This document shows, piece after piece, positions 61,763-64,000 of a stretch of 64,000 bases of DNA. The notes beneath the pieces were generated by a model. The model did not search any database and was not told where the DNA came from. It saw only the letters and a program-made list of their open reading frames with translations. Both the position numbers and the translations under genes were made by a program. The stretch spans positions 744,001-808,000 of the forward strand of contig JBHGNT010000007.1 of the NCBI GenBank assembly GCA_043228905.1. The letters are read 5' to 3'. The DNA is from Azolla caroliniana (Eukaryota > Plantae > Polypodiophyta). Every line of letters starts with the position of its first letter. The first letter of the stretch is position 1.

Positions 61763-64000
61763 TGTAAACTTTGAATCCTTTCGGTCCAGAACCCCGGCGG
61801 TTCCGCCTCACGATCCACACGTAGTGACAGATTTTTCACGACAACGGACTAGTGAGCCTCTAATCAAGAGCACACAGGCTTCCTACGCAAGTAGAGTCCT
61901 CACTCAACCTTGCAGAATGTACAGAGTAGAAAAACCCCAAACACTCATTAGCGCAAACCGACGACACCTTCCTTTTTTAGCTCATTTGGGGAAGAAGCAA
62001 AAGCTGACGTCCTCTATGTTACGAAGGCGCTACGGCTCTTCTGTGTGCACAGAGGATCGTGGTGTGCTGGATCGTTTAGTGCTCAAGACAAAAAAAAAGG
62101 AAGGGGAAGGAGGCTTACCTTTGCACAATCCAAAAAGCTTCTACTTCATTACACGCAGAGCTCAACTCGCTCTCGTCTGTTTTCTGTTCTTTCTACTCTC
62201 TACACTACTCTCGCTCTTCTCTTACTACTTACTACAACTTACTTTTTACCTAGTACATAAGTGACTTATATATGCAACTAATTAGCTGTCAGTAGCTAAA
62301 TAGCTGTAAGTAGCTAAATAGTTGTTTCACCTTTATGTCCATTAGTAGCTAATTAGCTAATAGCTACTATAGCTTTTTCTCAATAAGCATCACATACCTT
62401 TGTTGAACTTGCTTCTCAACACTCCCCCTCAAGCTCAACTTATCCTTTCTTGAGGTCATCTTCAATCTTCTTTTCTTCATGCTTTTCAGCTACCATGCCG
62501 ATGGTTATAACTCCCATCATGTCTCTAAACTGTGTATGTTTTTCCATGCTCAATCCCTTCGTAAGAATATCAACAACTTGCTGATTTGTACTTACATATA
62601 ACAAATCCACTTCTCCATCAATCACTTTTTCTCTAACAAAATGATAATGCACTTCAATGTGCTTTGTTCTTGCATGGAACACTGGGTTTTTTGCCAGCTA
62701 AATGCTACTCATATTGTCACACCAAATTGTGATCTTCTGATCTTCTCAGTTTCTGATTTGCATCCTTCATTGCCTTTTCCATACCAGGGATTTTCAGGGA
62801 TCCTATACCAAGCTCATCATCCAATGATGTATCTGAATCTACATCTTCCATGTTTCTAGATCCATAATCAAGCATTTCATACTCTGGCATTTTCTGTTTT
62901 CCTTTTCTATCATCATAATTTTTGTGTCTTGCATGTTTTCCACTCCATGCATTAGATTCAAATTTACTTCCTGCGCTTCCAGATGGTCCAGTACATTCCA
63001 TTGATGTTGAACTTTGTTGTCCAACATTGCTTCCGTTTCTGTGGTTATCTCTTACATTTTTAGATTTATCCTCACAGTCTTCATCAGTTTCTACATTTTG
63101 TTTTGGGTTGTACCAGCTACCGAACTCATCAAATATTACATCCCAATTTACCACAATCTTTTTTGTGAAAGGGTTATAACATATATACCCTTTTTGCTCC
63201 TCTAAATATCCAACAAAAATACATTTTTTAGCTTTTGGATCAAGCTTATTTCTCACTTCAGCAGGTACATGTACATATGCAAGGCATCCAAACACTTTTA
63301 AGTGTTCTAAACTAGGCTTTCTGCCATAGAAGCATTCTTCAAGAGTTACCTCATGTACTCCAAATGTTATACACCTATTTAGAATGTAGTTTGCTGTGTT
63401 TACACCTTCTGCCCAGAAATACAATGGCATATTTTTTTCTGTCATCATGGCTCTTGCTATGTTCACTAGAGTTCTGTTTTTTCTCTCAGCAACTCCATTT
63501 TGTTGTGGAGTATATCTGCATGTAAACTATCTCCTTATTCCTTGATTGCATAGAAAATCAGAAAACTCATTTGAGAAGTACTCTCCTCCTCCATTAGATC
63601 TTAAGCATTTTATTCTAGTTCCAGCCTGTTTTTCTACCATACATTTGAACTTACGAAAGCAATCAAATAATTCACTTTTTTCTTTCATGAAGTACACCCA
63701 TGTTTTCCTTGAGCAATCATCAATAAATGTTACATAAAATCTGTAGCCACCAATAGATACATTTTGTGTTGGTTCCCATACATCCGTATGTACCAAATCC
63801 AACAGATTTTTACTTACATGTCTTTCATGAGGGAAAGGCAACCTGTTTTGCTTTCCATGTTGGCATGCTTCACATATTTTTCCCATCTCACAATCTTTGA
63901 GCTTAGGCAGTCCAACCACTGCATCTTTCTTCAACATATTTTTCAATGTTTGCATACTTATGTGACCGATTCTTTTATGCCACATTTCCCCTTCTGAGAT
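61763..64000 (-). mobile_element. AT-rich Ty1/copia 3' portion with RT deleted; runs off the window
   Basis: LTR about 61763-62421; PPT GAGGGGGAG; RNase H tail [17 protein letters not shown] fused near 62715 to the integrase linker; HHCC and DDE integrase motifs to 64000. Confidence 0.9.

Overview
This is eukaryotic plant nuclear DNA; the 5S rRNA sequence looks fern-like (inference). About 75% of the window is nested, decayed transposons: at least nine Ty1/copia elements or fragments, one 9.2-kb non-chromovirus Ty3/gypsy element with a long extra 3' coding region, two copies of a Sola-like DDE DNA transposon, a foldback/MITE element and a solo LTR. One host gene is present: an intact 15-exon MLO-family gene on the minus strand (50254 to 44065, about 435 aa). 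Its last exon, which encodes the calmodulin-binding region, is duplicated as two different open versions, and its first exon and promoter are duplicated as a pseudo-exon. A 1.4-kb patchwork containing one full and two partial 5S rRNA copies interrupts a copia reverse transcriptase (RT), and another copia carries four near-identical 972-bp tandem copies. All calls come from reading the sequence; no database searches were run.
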